Shown piece by piece: positions 14,639 to 23,189 of a DNA stretch of 27,804 nucleotides (position 1 is its first letter; each line of letters begins with the position of its first letter). A model generated the notes under the pieces. That model was not told the DNA's origin, did not search any database, and was given only the letters and a program-made list of their open reading frames with translations. Origin of the DNA: a virus (Duplodnaviria; Caudoviricetes); IMG/VR virus record IMGVR_UViG_3300049140_000026, positions 1-27,804 of that record; one strand, written 5' to 3'. Both the position numbers and the translations under genes were made by a program.

Positions 14639-17600
14639 TCACCCCTTGCCCAGCACGGCCTGAACGTTGCCGCCGCGCGTCCGCACGGCTCGGCGCAGCA
14701 CCTCCACGAGCAAGTCGTCGAGGCGGGAGCCGGCCGAGTCGATGATGAGCCGCACGTCGGCGGACGCCATCTTGTCGAGGTTCCCGAGCGGCTCGGGCGC
14801 CCCGGTGCCGTTGTGCACCATCGACAGGCCCTCGGGCAGCATGCCGCCGTTGTCGAACGACCACGGCAGGATGCCGCCGCCCGCCAGCTTGAGCCCGTAC
14901 CGGCGGGAGAACAGGCCGTTGTTCGCACCCCGGGCCGCCGAACCCACCACGACGCCGCGCGAGCCGCGCGACTCGACGTTGACGCCGCCGAGCGTGCCCG
15001 CCATGTGACCCACACCCGCGTCGGTCACGCCGACGCGGAACCCGCTGCTGCGGTTGCGGACGAACCCGCCCGGCCCGCTCTTGGAGCCGAACGAATGCGT
15101 GCTGAACAGCCGCCGGTACGGGGACTTGCCCTTGGCGACGTTCGTGATGGCGGACATGAAGCCCGAGCAGTCGTAGCCGCGCGGGCCGACGCCGCCCCAG
15201 ATGTACGGCTTGCCAGCCTGCGAGCGTGCCCACTTGAGCGCCTTCGCGATGCCGGGGCCGCCGAGGCTGACCTCCTTCAGCTTCTTCTCGATCTTCTGAG
15301 CCGATGCCCAAGCCGCCTGGCCCACCTTGGTGTTGTAGCGGGACATGGCGCCGGGGATCTTCTCGAAGTTGTGGAAGCTGTGCTTGGCCACGATGCCGCC
15401 GGAGGCGAAGAACGCTCCCTCGCCGCCCATCTTCTGCGGGCCCATACCGGCGGCCAGGAGTCGCCGCACGCCGTTGATACCGCCGCTGCGGGCCGCGGCG
15501 TTCATCCGCTCGACGGCGGCCGGGCCTACCGCGCGGGTCCACTCCGGGCGCATGACGGCCTCGCCACCGCTCAGCCCGAGCGCGCCGCCGGTGGGGCTGT
15601 AGAACATGTGCGGGTCGCGGCCCGGCGTGTAGCCGGGCAACACGCCGCCGGACGCCCACAGCGACGCCTTGGTGCCGCCGGGCAAGTTGACCGTGCCGTC
15701 CGCGTTGACTCGGATCGTGACGGTCTTGTTCTTGATCTTCCCCGTCGAGGAGTTGATCTCAGAGGGCAGCTTGGCGTACCGCTTGACCAGCCGGTCGATC
15801 TCCTGCCGAGACAGGCCAGCGGCCTGGAGCACCCCACGGAGACGGTTGATCTCGGTGGCGAAAACCTTGTTGGCCCTGTCCACCGAGCCGGTCTGTTCCT
15901 TGACCTTGGCCGAGTGCTCGATCGCGGCCTGAATCGAGCTGATCAGCACCCGGTTGGCCTCGCGGCTCGACTTGCTGTTGATGTTGATTTTGCCGGTGCG
16001 GGCGTCGATCTGGACGTTGTTCTTCCGGAACGCCTCAGTGACCTGGTCGAGGCTGTCGCGGAAGGCGATTGCGGCCAGGTCGGCATCCCCGTTCAGGGTC
16101 TTGAACTTGGCCAGCGACATGTTGAGGGCGTTGACCTTGCCGGTGGTCTTCTCGGCGGCCGTGCCCACGCCGGTCACGCTGCCGGCCACGGTCTGGCCGC
16201 CAGCCGCCACCGAGGGCGAGGCGGCGATCAGCCGCTGGTAGGCGCCTTGCGCTTCCTTCAGTTCGCCGTTCGACCCGGCCACGGCGTCCTGCACGAGCTT
16301 GGCCGTGCCGGACAGCGTCTTCCACTGCGTCGCCGCGCTCGCGCCACGGCCGCCGACTGCCTGCGTCACCGTGGCGTTCTCGGCGAGCTTGGCGTTGACC
16401 TGGGCGATGGCGTCGCGGTTGCCGAGGGCGGCATCGGTCACCAGCGACAGGTTGATGCCGTACTGCTGCGCGGCCTTATAGACGCCCTCCGTTTCGAGCC
16501 GGTTCTTGACGTTGGCCACGGCCGTGGAGTCGAGCGCGCCCTTGTTCCGCATCAGGGCGTCCGTCAGGTCTTGGACCCGGCGTTCCGCCTCATCGTTGCG
16601 GGTGGCAAAGAACCCGAGCGCGGCCACGCCAGCGCCCAGCGCCAGCCCCCACGGGCCGGACAGCATGCCGACCAGGCCGGACAGGGCGCCGCGCATCTTG
16701 CCGCCCGCGCCGCCCATGCCGGACAGCCGGTCGCGGAAGCGCTGCACCGGACCGTCCGCCCTGCTCACGGCGCCGACGAAGCTGCCCACGCCGGACACCA
16801 GTGGGCCTAGCTTGCTGGTGAGCGTGCCCACCACGACGGCGAAGGCCAGCGACTGGATGGCGCCCTCGCGTAGCGGCTCGGGCAGGCCGTTGATGAGCTT
16901 GACGACCGCGCCGAGCGGGCCCAGCAGCAGCGGCAGCACGTCGGCCACCGCCACCGCAGAGTCGTGCAGAAGCTTGAACGTGGCCGCGGCCTGTTCCTGC
17001 CCCTCGACCGACCGCGACCAGGCGGCGAACTTGGCCGTGCCCGCCTCCAGCGTGTCGAGCAGCCCGTCTCCGGCGTTCTTCGCCTGTGAGAACACGCCGA
17101 GCAGGCCCTTGAGGGTGTTGCCGCCGATCCGGCCGAGCTGCGCGAGCGTGTCGCCGGCCTTGCTCACGGCACGCTCCAGCATGGACGCGCCGCGCTCGGA
17201 GGTGAGGAACGCCGCGGCGGCCTTGGCGCCGTTGGTCGCCCACGCGGCCATACGCTCGGCCAGCGGCAGCGACTTGACCGTGAGCTGCGTGATGACCTGC
17301 AGCGCAGGCCGTACGGCGCCGGTCAGGGTGCCCATGATGCGGCTCGTCGAGGCGAAGGTTTGGTTGACGGCGCCCTTGGCCATGGGCGTGTTGGCGAACC
17401 GGATGGCTTCCTTGGCCCCGACGTTGAACCCGGCGGCCACGCCGAGCATGCCGGTCCTGATCTCCGGCAGCAGGTTGCGGGCGACCGGCCCCATCTCGTC
17501 GGCCAGGCCCTCGAACAGCTTGTTCTGGACGGCTCGCTGTACGGGGTCGAAGACGCCCTTCAGGCGGGCAGCCTCCTGGACGAAGGCTCGGGCGTTCGGC

Positions 17601-17947
17601 GCGAGCTTCTCCAGCGCCGCGTCGAGCTTGGCCGCATCGCCCTCGGCGACCGCGCTCATGGCGTCGCCGACCCCGATCAGGCCGACCTTGAGCGTGGCGG
17701 ACGCGACCTTGGTGGCGACCATTGCGGCGGGCATGGCCGCCACCGCGGCGGCGGCCGGGACCACCGCCGCACCGAGGGCGGTCGCGCTACCAGCTACCGC
17801 CGCCAGGCCGATCCCCATCCCAGCGGCCTTGCGGACCCGCTGCATGCGGGACTCGACCTTGTCGAGCTCGCCGCCCACCCGCTTCAGCGCGGGCGAGACC
17901 CGCTCGCGGGCGAAGATGGTGAAGCCGAGGGCGGTCTGGTTGGCCAC
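14639..17947 (-). CDS. Tape measure protein with a C-terminal NlpC/P60 peptidase domain
   Basis: 1102-aa Ala/Gly-rich helical protein after the chaperone; KPYIWGG..GYDCSG..GHM (Cys-His). Confidence 0.92.
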   Translation of the reverse strand: MANQTALGFTIFARERVSPALKRVGGELDKVESRMQRVRKAAGMGIGLAAVAGSATALGAAVVPAAAAVAAMPAAMVATKVASATLKVGLIGVGDAMSAVAEGDAAKLDAALEKLAPNARAFVQEAARLKGVFDPVQRAVQNKLFEGLADEMGPVARNLLPEIRTGMLGVAAGFNVGAKEAIRFANTPMAKGAVNQTFASTSRIMGTLTGAVRPALQVITQLTVKSLPLAERMAAWATNGAKAAAAFLTSERGASMLERAVSKAGDTLAQLGRIGGNTLKGLLGVFSQAKNAGDGLLDTLEAGTAKFAAWSRSVEGQEQAAATFKLLHDSAVAVADVLPLLLGPLGAVVKLINGLPEPLREGAIQSLAFAVVVGTLTSKLGPLVSGVGSFVGAVSRADGPVQRFRDRLSGMGGAGGKMRGALSGLVGMLSGPWGLALGAGVAALGFFATRNDEAERRVQDLTDALMRNKGALDSTAVANVKNRLETEGVYKAAQQYGINLSLVTDAALGNRDAIAQVNAKLAENATVTQAVGGRGASAATQWKTLSGTAKLVQDAVAGSNGELKEAQGAYQRLIAASPSVAAGGQTVAGSVTGVGTAAEKTTGKVNALNMSLAKFKTLNGDADLAAIAFRDSLDQVTEAFRKNNVQIDARTGKININSKSSREANRVLISSIQAAIEHSAKVKEQTGSVDRANKVFATEINRLRGVLQAAGLSRQEIDRLVKRYAKLPSEINSSTGKIKNKTVTIRVNADGTVNLPGGTKASLWASGGVLPGYTPGRDPHMFYSPTGGALGLSGGEAVMRPEWTRAVGPAAVERMNAAARSGGINGVRRLLAAGMGPQKMGGEGAFFASGGIVAKHSFHNFEKIPGAMSRYNTKVGQAAWASAQKIEKKLKEVSLGGPGIAKALKWARSQAGKPYIWGGVGPRGYDCSGFMSAITNVAKGKSPYRRLFSTHSFGSKSGPGGFVRNRSSGFRVGVTDAGVGHMAGTLGGVNVESRGSRGVVVGSAARGANNGLFSRRYGLKLAGGGILPWSFDNGGMLPEGLSMVHNGTGAPEPLGNLDKMASADVRLIIDSAGSRLDDLLVEVLRRAVRTRGGNVQAVLGKG

Positions 17948-17950
17948 TGC

Positions 17951-18319
17951 TCACCCCCGGTCTTCGTCGTCGTCGTCGGTCGGTCGTGGGAGTGGCTGCG
18001 GCTGTGGAGGTGGCGGCCCCTTGCCGCCGCCCACCAGCAGAGACAGCAGGTAGTTGCTGACGGCCAGTTCGTCGACGGACTTGGCGATCAGCTCGACCTG
18101 CGTGGACCATGCCGCCCGCTCCGGCCCGAGGGCGGCGACCACCGTGGCGGCGTCGCGCGGAAGCCGGGAGACCAGCACCCACAACCGCCGCCACGACATG
18201 CGGCCCGCCCAGAACTCGCCGAGCTGGTCGGCGTCGCGCGGGTACCGCCACGCCAGGTCAGCCTCAATGTCCTCCTCGTGCGCGTCGAGCAGGCGCGACA
18301 GCGAGATCAGGTTTTTGGG
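17951..18319 (-). CDS. Tail assembly chaperone, -1 frameshift extension (GT-type)
   Basis: The -1 frame opens at GPKNLISLSRLLDAHEEDIEADL..WRRLWVLV..LPRDAAT and ends just before the tape measure. Confidence 0.8.
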   Translation of the reverse strand, partial: PKNLISLSRLLDAHEEDIEADLAWRYPRDADQLGEFWAGRMSWRRLWVLVSRLPRDAATVVAALGPERAAWSTQVELIAKSVDELAVSNYLLSLLVGGGKGPPPPQPQPLPRPTDDDDEDRG

Positions 18320-18591
18320 CCCAGACCTGCCACGGCCTCCCACAGCTTGTTCTGCACGTCGTCCCATTCCTCCGGCGACAGGTCGAGGTCCTCGAACGCC
18401 TCGACCTCCTCGGCGGTGAAGATGACGTCGAGCGCGCCGATCATGTCGTTCTGGGCCAGGCGGCGGGCCACCTTGCCGCGCTTGATCCGCTCGGGGATGG
18501 CGAGGCTGATGCTCTGGCCGTTCCCGCCGGTCCACTCGAACGTGCGCCCGGCCGGGGGCGCCTTATCGTCTGCCTGCCTGCTTGTCGCCAT
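18307..18591 (-). CDS. Tail assembly chaperone (G-type)
   Basis: ATG 18591 after AAGGAG; acidic 94-aa protein ending GLGPKT* over the slippery site. Confidence 0.8.
   Translation of the reverse strand: MATSRQADDKAPPAGRTFEWTGGNGQSISLAIPERIKRGKVARRLAQNDMIGALDVIFTAEEVEAFEDLDLSPEEWDDVQNKLWEAVAGLGPKT
18313..18319 (-). other. -1 programmed ribosomal frameshift heptamer C CCA AAA
   Basis: X XXY YYZ in the correct frame, one codon before the TGA of the chaperone. Confidence 0.8.
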
Positions 18592-18669
18592 GCGGGTCTC
18601 CTTGATCTCTGTGCGGGTCATGGTTGGTACGAGGCGGCCGGTAGACCCGCATCCCCGGCCGCCCCGCGA

Positions 18670-19134
18670 TCAGCGGGCGATCTGCGCGGCCACGCGGTCC
18701 ATCGCTGCTTTCATCTCCTCGCGCGCCTTCGGCGCGGTCGCGGCGATCGTCTTGCGGAACCACGGATGTCCGGGCTGCTGAACCCACTTATCGCGGTTGC
18801 CGAACAGCGGGTGTCGCCAGCCCTTGGCTGTGTCGAAGCCGCGCGGCAGCATCTCCAGGCCCTTCGGCATTCGGGTGACGATCCGTACCCGGCGGGCGTC
18901 CGCCTGGATGCCGACACCGCGCACCATCCGCCGGCGCAGCCCGCGCGACCGCGGCCCCTTGACTGGGATGGTGCGGGCGGCGAGCTTGGCGGCGTCCCGA
19001 CCGGGTTTGGCCGCCTCGCGCACCGCCTTGCGGAGCTCCTTCTGTAGGCCCTTCTCCCCGGCCAGGCGCAGGCGGCGGTTGACCTCCTTCCACTCCTGGC
19101 CGAAGGTGAACGCCACCTCCCACTGCGATGGCAC
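18670..19134 (-). CDS. HK97 gp10-like neck/tail-completion protein
   Basis: Basic 154-aa protein; WRHPLFGNR..WV.Q..PWF..I motif. Confidence 0.65.
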   Translation of the reverse strand: MPSQWEVAFTFGQEWKEVNRRLRLAGEKGLQKELRKAVREAAKPGRDAAKLAARTIPVKGPRSRGLRRRMVRGVGIQADARRVRIVTRMPKGLEMLPRGFDTAKGWRHPLFGNRDKWVQQPGHPWFRKTIAATAPKAREEMKAAMDRVAAQIAR

Positions 19135-19143
19135 GGCCGGGCC

Positions 19144-19575
19144 TTACGCGTAGGCGCCGCGCGTGACCACGCCGTCCACCTGGAACTCAGCGGAGAACGA
19201 CACCTTGTCGCCGACGCCGGATTCGGCGGTGTAGGAGGTGATCCAGCACTCGCCCGAGTACTTGATCTTTCCGGTGGTGGAGCCTTCCGGCCCGTACTCG
19301 AACGTGGCCGTCGCGGTCTGGCCGGTCATCAGGCCGCCGAGCACCACGTCAGGGCCGGACACTGCCGTGTTGTCGAAGTGCCCGGAGATCGAGAACGAGG
19401 TGTTCACCAGGCCCGGGATGTTCTTCGTGCCCTGGTCGCCGAACGCGGTCACCTCCGACAGGTCCCGGTTACCGGGCAGGCCGGACACGTTGTCCACGTA
19501 CTGCGAGAGGATCCGCGGCAAGCCGCCGGTGTCGTCGATCGAGAAGACGGAGTTCTTGCTGTGTACGAACGCCAT
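19144..19575 (-). CDS. Tail tube protein, short paralog (143 aa)
   Basis: EVTAFGD..IPGL..SISG.FD..YGPEG..YSGEC.ITSY..VSFSAEFQV.G tube-like motifs. Confidence 0.8.
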   Translation of the reverse strand: MAFVHSKNSVFSIDDTGGLPRILSQYVDNVSGLPGNRDLSEVTAFGDQGTKNIPGLVNTSFSISGHFDNTAVSGPDVVLGGLMTGQTATATFEYGPEGSTTGKIKYSGECWITSYTAESGVGDKVSFSAEFQVDGVVTRGAYA

Positions 19576-19592
19576 GTCGCCCTCCGGGCATG

Positions 19593-19617
19593 AAAAAACC
19601 CGGCGACATGGCCGGGT
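19593..19617 (-). terminator. Intrinsic terminator between the two tail-tube genes
   Basis: ACCCGGC-CAUGUC-GCCGGGU followed by UUUUU. Confidence 0.8.
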
Positions 19618-19633
19618 AGCTCAGGTGTTGGGG

Positions 19634-20350
19634 TTACCGGCGGGCGAATGCCGCCGCGTAGGTGAAGCTCGGCGTGGTGCCGCTGATGGTGTGCTGTTCG
19701 CGCACGTAGCGGTTGACCGTGCCGATCACGGTGCGCCGCTCGGACGTGGCGGTGGTCGCCGCAGTGAAGGTGATCAAGTCCACCCACACCGAGTTGTCCA
19801 CCGAGTGCTGAACCTTCACCGTGAGGGACGGCGTGGTGCCCGAGGCGGCCGTCACGTGCAGCGAGGCGACACCCCCGTTCGCCGACGACACGGCGTTGTC
19901 CACAGACGCGCTGTTGCCTGTGGCCGTCTCGGCGGTGTGGCCGTGCACAACCCGGCCGTGGTCCACGCCGTCGTTCGGAGAGGCCTCGATGGTGACGCTG
20001 ACCGCGTCCGAGACCGCCGACTCGATGGAGTAGCTCGACAGGTTCGAGGTCGTGATGAACGCGGTCTTGCCGATCGTGAAGCCGTCCGGCATCACGCTGG
20101 CGAGCAGCCCCTCCAGGACGCCATCGCTGGCCTGGATGGTCTCGTCGATGTCGCCCTGGGCGCCGTCGAACAGGCCGTTGATGTTGACACTGCCACTACG
20201 CAGACCCGGGATGAACCGGGCTCCGTCGTCGAGCAGCACGGTCGTCTCGCCGAGCTGACGCTCTCCGGCGACCGTCCACCCGTTGATCCGTCCGGACAGG
20301 TGCCGGTTATTCACCATCACCCGCCCGTTCTTGCTGTGCACGAACGCCAT
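19634..20350 (-). CDS. Tail tube protein, long paralog with an extra C-terminal beta domain (238 aa)
   Basis: Same MAFVHSKN start; ETT..D..IPGL..ING.FD..SSYSIES.V.D.VS, plus about 110 aa including LHVTAASGTTPSLTVKVQHS.DN..W.DL. Confidence 0.8.
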   Translation of the reverse strand: MAFVHSKNGRVMVNNRHLSGRINGWTVAGERQLGETTVLLDDGARFIPGLRSGSVNINGLFDGAQGDIDETIQASDGVLEGLLASVMPDGFTIGKTAFITTSNLSSYSIESAVSDAVSVTIEASPNDGVDHGRVVHGHTAETATGNSASVDNAVSSANGGVASLHVTAASGTTPSLTVKVQHSVDNSVWVDLITFTAATTATSERRTVIGTVNRYVREQHTISGTTPSFTYAAAFARR

Positions 20351-20504
20351 CGCTGGTCACCTCCTCGACCGCTCCCTGCTCGATCAGCCACGCCACGCTC
20401 TCCCGGGGCAGGTCATCGACCACATCCCCGGGTTCGGCGCGCTTGGGCTTGCCGCCCTTGCCCGGGTAGTCCAGGCCGGCCAGCGCCCGGTATTGCTTGG
20501 CCAC
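20307..20504 (-). CDS. Small hypothetical virion protein, 65 aa
   Basis: AGGAGG RBS; EPGDVVDDLP..WLIEQGAVE. Confidence 0.65.
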   Translation of the reverse strand: MAKQYRALAGLDYPGKGGKPKRAEPGDVVDDLPRESVAWLIEQGAVEEVTSDGVRAQQERAGDGE

Positions 20505-20513
20505 CAGGTCCTC

Positions 20514-20939
20514 CTATGCCGTGATCTCGATGCCGAAATCGACGCCGAGGTGCCGCATGCCGCCGTTGTGCTCTCCTCGGGCGCCGTAGTTGCGGGCCTC
20601 CCGGACGTGCGCGAAGCTCGCGAGCCCGCCGAGCGTCGGATCCGCCTCGATGGCCGCCTTCATCGAGCGGTCGCCTGTCCCGTCCAGGTAGGCGTCCAGC
20701 TCCTCCTGGGCGGCCAGGTCGTCGGCCATCTGCACCAGTACGGTCACGGTGAACAGGAAGTCATCCGACCCGCGTGCCATGGTGCTGTCGAACCGGATCG
20801 CCGGGTCGCCCTCGAACCCGGGATAGATGATCGCTGCGGGGACGGTGGGCGTGTCGGGCACCTCGACGTACACGCTCAGGACCGGGATCGTCCGTAGCCG
20901 TACGGCCAGGCCCTCGCGGAGGCCGCTGAGGCTGGCCAT
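20514..20939 (-). CDS. Tail terminator/completion protein (putative)
   Basis: Position after the adaptor; LDAYLD..S.KAAIEAD.TLGG motif. Confidence 0.7.
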   Translation of the reverse strand: MASLSGLREGLAVRLRTIPVLSVYVEVPDTPTVPAAIIYPGFEGDPAIRFDSTMARGSDDFLFTVTVLVQMADDLAAQEELDAYLDGTGDRSMKAAIEADPTLGGLASFAHVREARNYGARGEHNGGMRHLGVDFGIEITA

Positions 20940-21529
20940 CAGCCGAACCCCGGCAGCATGTAGTGCTCGATCAGCGCCAGCACGTCAGGGTCGAGGTGAG
21001 GCACGCGCATGAACCCCCAGTCGGTGTTGCCGACGACGCCGTGAGGCGAGCCCTTGCGCTCGAACAGCCGTCCGGCCTGCAGGAGGGTGGCCTCGGTGAT
21101 CTCGTCGGGTACGGCCGGCCAGCCCCAGCGGGCGGTGACCCGTACCCGGCCGGTGCCGGTGGGCCAGGTGCTCGTGGCCAGGAGGAGGCCAACGACGGCC
21201 TGTCCGTCGAGCAGCGCGTTGTCCGGCGTCATCTCGTACCCGGTCACGGGTGACCAAGAGCTGCCCGAACCGGTCTCCACCGCCAGGTCGTCGAGGCTGC
21301 CGATGTCATCGATGAGGAACACCTCGCCCCGCTCGTCGCTCACCACCCGTCCGTGCGGGTTGAACGTGCGGGTCACGGCCGTCTCGTCGAGCCAGAACCG
21401 GCGGCCGGTCTTCTTGTCGATGGCGCGCGAGGCCGCCGCGAGTGCGTTCGACAGCAGCACGTCCCGGGCGGTGTCCGTGACGTTGAGCCGCGTCTTCAGG
21501 TCGGCCAGCGCCGCGTACTCGTGGGCCAC
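20939..21529 (-). CDS. Head-tail adaptor (gp6/gp15-like)
   Basis: GTG 21529 after GAGGAG; YAALADLK..L.AASRAID..GRRF..WGWPAVPDEITEATL. Confidence 0.85.
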   Translation of the reverse strand: MAHEYAALADLKTRLNVTDTARDVLLSNALAAASRAIDKKTGRRFWLDETAVTRTFNPHGRVVSDERGEVFLIDDIGSLDDLAVETGSGSSWSPVTGYEMTPDNALLDGQAVVGLLLATSTWPTGTGRVRVTARWGWPAVPDEITEATLLQAGRLFERKGSPHGVVGNTDWGFMRVPHLDPDVLALIEHYMLPGFG

Positions 21530-21539
21530 CGCGCTCCTC

Positions 21540-21740
21540 TCAGGTCCTTGCCTTGCCCGGTGCCCGGCGGCCCTTCGGGGACGTCGCGGGCGCGATGTCT
21601 CGGGCGGGCGGCTCGTCCGGCACGGTGTAGCCGCGCAACGCGAGCTGCTCGTCCACCTGCGCCACACGGTCGGCCAGGCCGCGCTGCACGTAGCCCTCGC
21701 GCTCGCGCAGCAGGCCCGCGATCATCGTGTCTTCGGTCAT
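21540..21740 (-). CDS. Small hypothetical protein after the capsid gene
   Basis: GGAGGAG RBS; IAGLLREREGY..RVAQVDEQL..G. Confidence 0.75.
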   Translation of the reverse strand: MTEDTMIAGLLREREGYVQRGLADRVAQVDEQLALRGYTVPDEPPARDIAPATSPKGRRAPGKART

Positions 21741-21760
21741 GCTCAGCTCCTCCGGGGTGG

Positions 21761-21795
21761 TGTCCAGGGCCCACCCCGAGGGCGGGCCCTGGACA
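21761..21795 (-). terminator. Stem-loop after the major capsid gene
   Basis: TGTCCAGGGCCC / GGGCCCTGGACA perfect 12-bp inverted repeat just past the stop codon. Confidence 0.65.
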
Positions 21796-21800
21796 TCGGA

Positions 21801-23189
21801 TCAGACGCCGGCGAAGGTCGGCGCGATCATGCCCGTGCCCGCGACCTTGCGGGAGTGGGCGTAACGGGTGTGGGTGTAGGCCGCGTAGCCGTAGACGACC
21901 ATGAGCACGCCCAGCGACGCGGCGGCGGGCTGCTCGGCACGGATGTACATCGGGGCCGCCGGGTCCTCCCAGAGGTGGGACTCGTTGCGGTCGAGGATGT
22001 ACGCCTCGTCTTCGGTACCGGCGCCCAGCGTGGTGCCGATGTTGTTGTCAACGATGACCGGGGTGCCGTTCGGCAGCACGCCCCGCACCCCGCTGCCGTA
22101 GGCGGTCCCGAGGTTGGTCGCGCCCATCTGAGCGGCGATGCCGGGCTGGGCGACGAGCGGCCACGTCGAGGACAGGCCGTTCTGTGCCCAGTACCAGCGG
22201 CGGGAGTGCATGACCGCGATGTTCTCGCCGGAGGCCATGTCGAGCATGGCGCCCTCGACACCGGCCAGCGCTTCGATGACCTTCGGGTAGAACTCCGCGA
22301 CGGTCGGGTTGGCGTCAGTCCAGGTGACCGCGGTGGCCACGTTGGTCAGGCCGGTCGTGGCCTGGTTGAGCAGCGTGCTGTCCAGCACGGTCGCGTACCG
22401 ACGGAACAGGTCGTCCAAGACGATCGGCTCCACACCGGCACCACGCTCGATCGCCTGCCGGGACAGCGTCTGCTGGCCCGCGATCGTCAGGACCGGGATG
22501 GTCAGCAGCGTGTCGTCGATGTTCGTCTCCGACACGGCCGTATTCTCCGACGCCTGGATCGCCGTGCTGGTCGCGGTGGTGATCCGCGAGATGTTCACGG
22601 TCATGCCCTGGGCGGGCAGGGCGTGCTTGCGGATCGCGTCGGCGAACGGGCGCCGGGCCGCCGTGGCGGGCGCGTACAGGTCGGTGAGGTACTGCGGGAC
22701 GACCAGGCCGGTGAAGGCGCCAGTGCCGGCGGCACGCTCGACGACCTCGGGCCGCTCGACCCGCTCCTCGTCCATGTGCCGAGCGAGCCGCTGCTGAGCC
22801 CGGTAGTCACCCAGGAACGCCGCGGCAACATCCTGCTCGAACTGGCGGCCCCGCCTGTCCTCGTCGGGACGGTAGGTGCGCTCCTCGCTACCGACACGGC
22901 CCACCCGGTCGTAGGCGGGCGGCCGGGCGCCGGTCGGAGCGACCCGGGCCTGCAGGGCGGCGATCTCCTCCTCGCGGGCCTGCTCAGCCTCCAGGCCGGC
23001 GAGCGCCTCCTGGCGGCGGGTCACCTCGGCGTCGGCGGTGTCGCGGGTAGCAACCCGGGCGGTCACCGCCTCCTCGGTCAGCTCCGGGTCGGCGCGCAGC
23101 GCGATCAGCGCGTCCTGCTCCTGCTGGCGGGCGGTGATGGCCGCGGCCAGCGCCTCCCGCGCCTGGTTGATCAGTTCGGCGAGCGTCAT
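21801..23189 (-). CDS. Major capsid protein (HK97 fold) with an N-terminal coiled-coil delta domain
   Basis: 462 aa after the protease; helical N-terminus, then GLVVPQYL..TIAG...SRQAIER. Confidence 0.9.
   Translation of the reverse strand: MTLAELINQAREALAAAITARQQEQDALIALRADPELTEEAVTARVATRDTADAEVTRRQEALAGLEAEQAREEEIAALQARVAPTGARPPAYDRVGRVGSEERTYRPDEDRRGRQFEQDVAAAFLGDYRAQQRLARHMDEERVERPEVVERAAGTGAFTGLVVPQYLTDLYAPATAARRPFADAIRKHALPAQGMTVNISRITTATSTAIQASENTAVSETNIDDTLLTIPVLTIAGQQTLSRQAIERGAGVEPIVLDDLFRRYATVLDSTLLNQATTGLTNVATAVTWTDANPTVAEFYPKVIEALAGVEGAMLDMASGENIAVMHSRRWYWAQNGLSSTWPLVAQPGIAAQMGATNLGTAYGSGVRGVLPNGTPVIVDNNIGTTLGAGTEDEAYILDRNESHLWEDPAAPMYIRAEQPAAASLGVLMVVYGYAAYTHTRYAHSRKVAGTGMIAPTFAGV

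Noticed and set aside
11078-16810. Very long plus-strand ORFs (841 aa and 1064 aa)
   Set aside because: They are antisense shadows of the tail-tip and tape measure genes, expected from high-GC codon bias, and show no recognisable motifs.
19144-20350. Contractile injection system or tailocin interpretation of the two tube genes
   Set aside because: There are no sheath or baseplate wedge genes, and a full head and packaging module is present.
2266-21667. Extended N-termini in the ORF track (3183, 5915, 8334, 10427, 11341, 18535, 21667)
   Set aside because: Each overlaps a real upstream gene in another frame. Internal starts with an RBS or stop-start overlap, or the frameshift in the case of 18535, explain the genes better.
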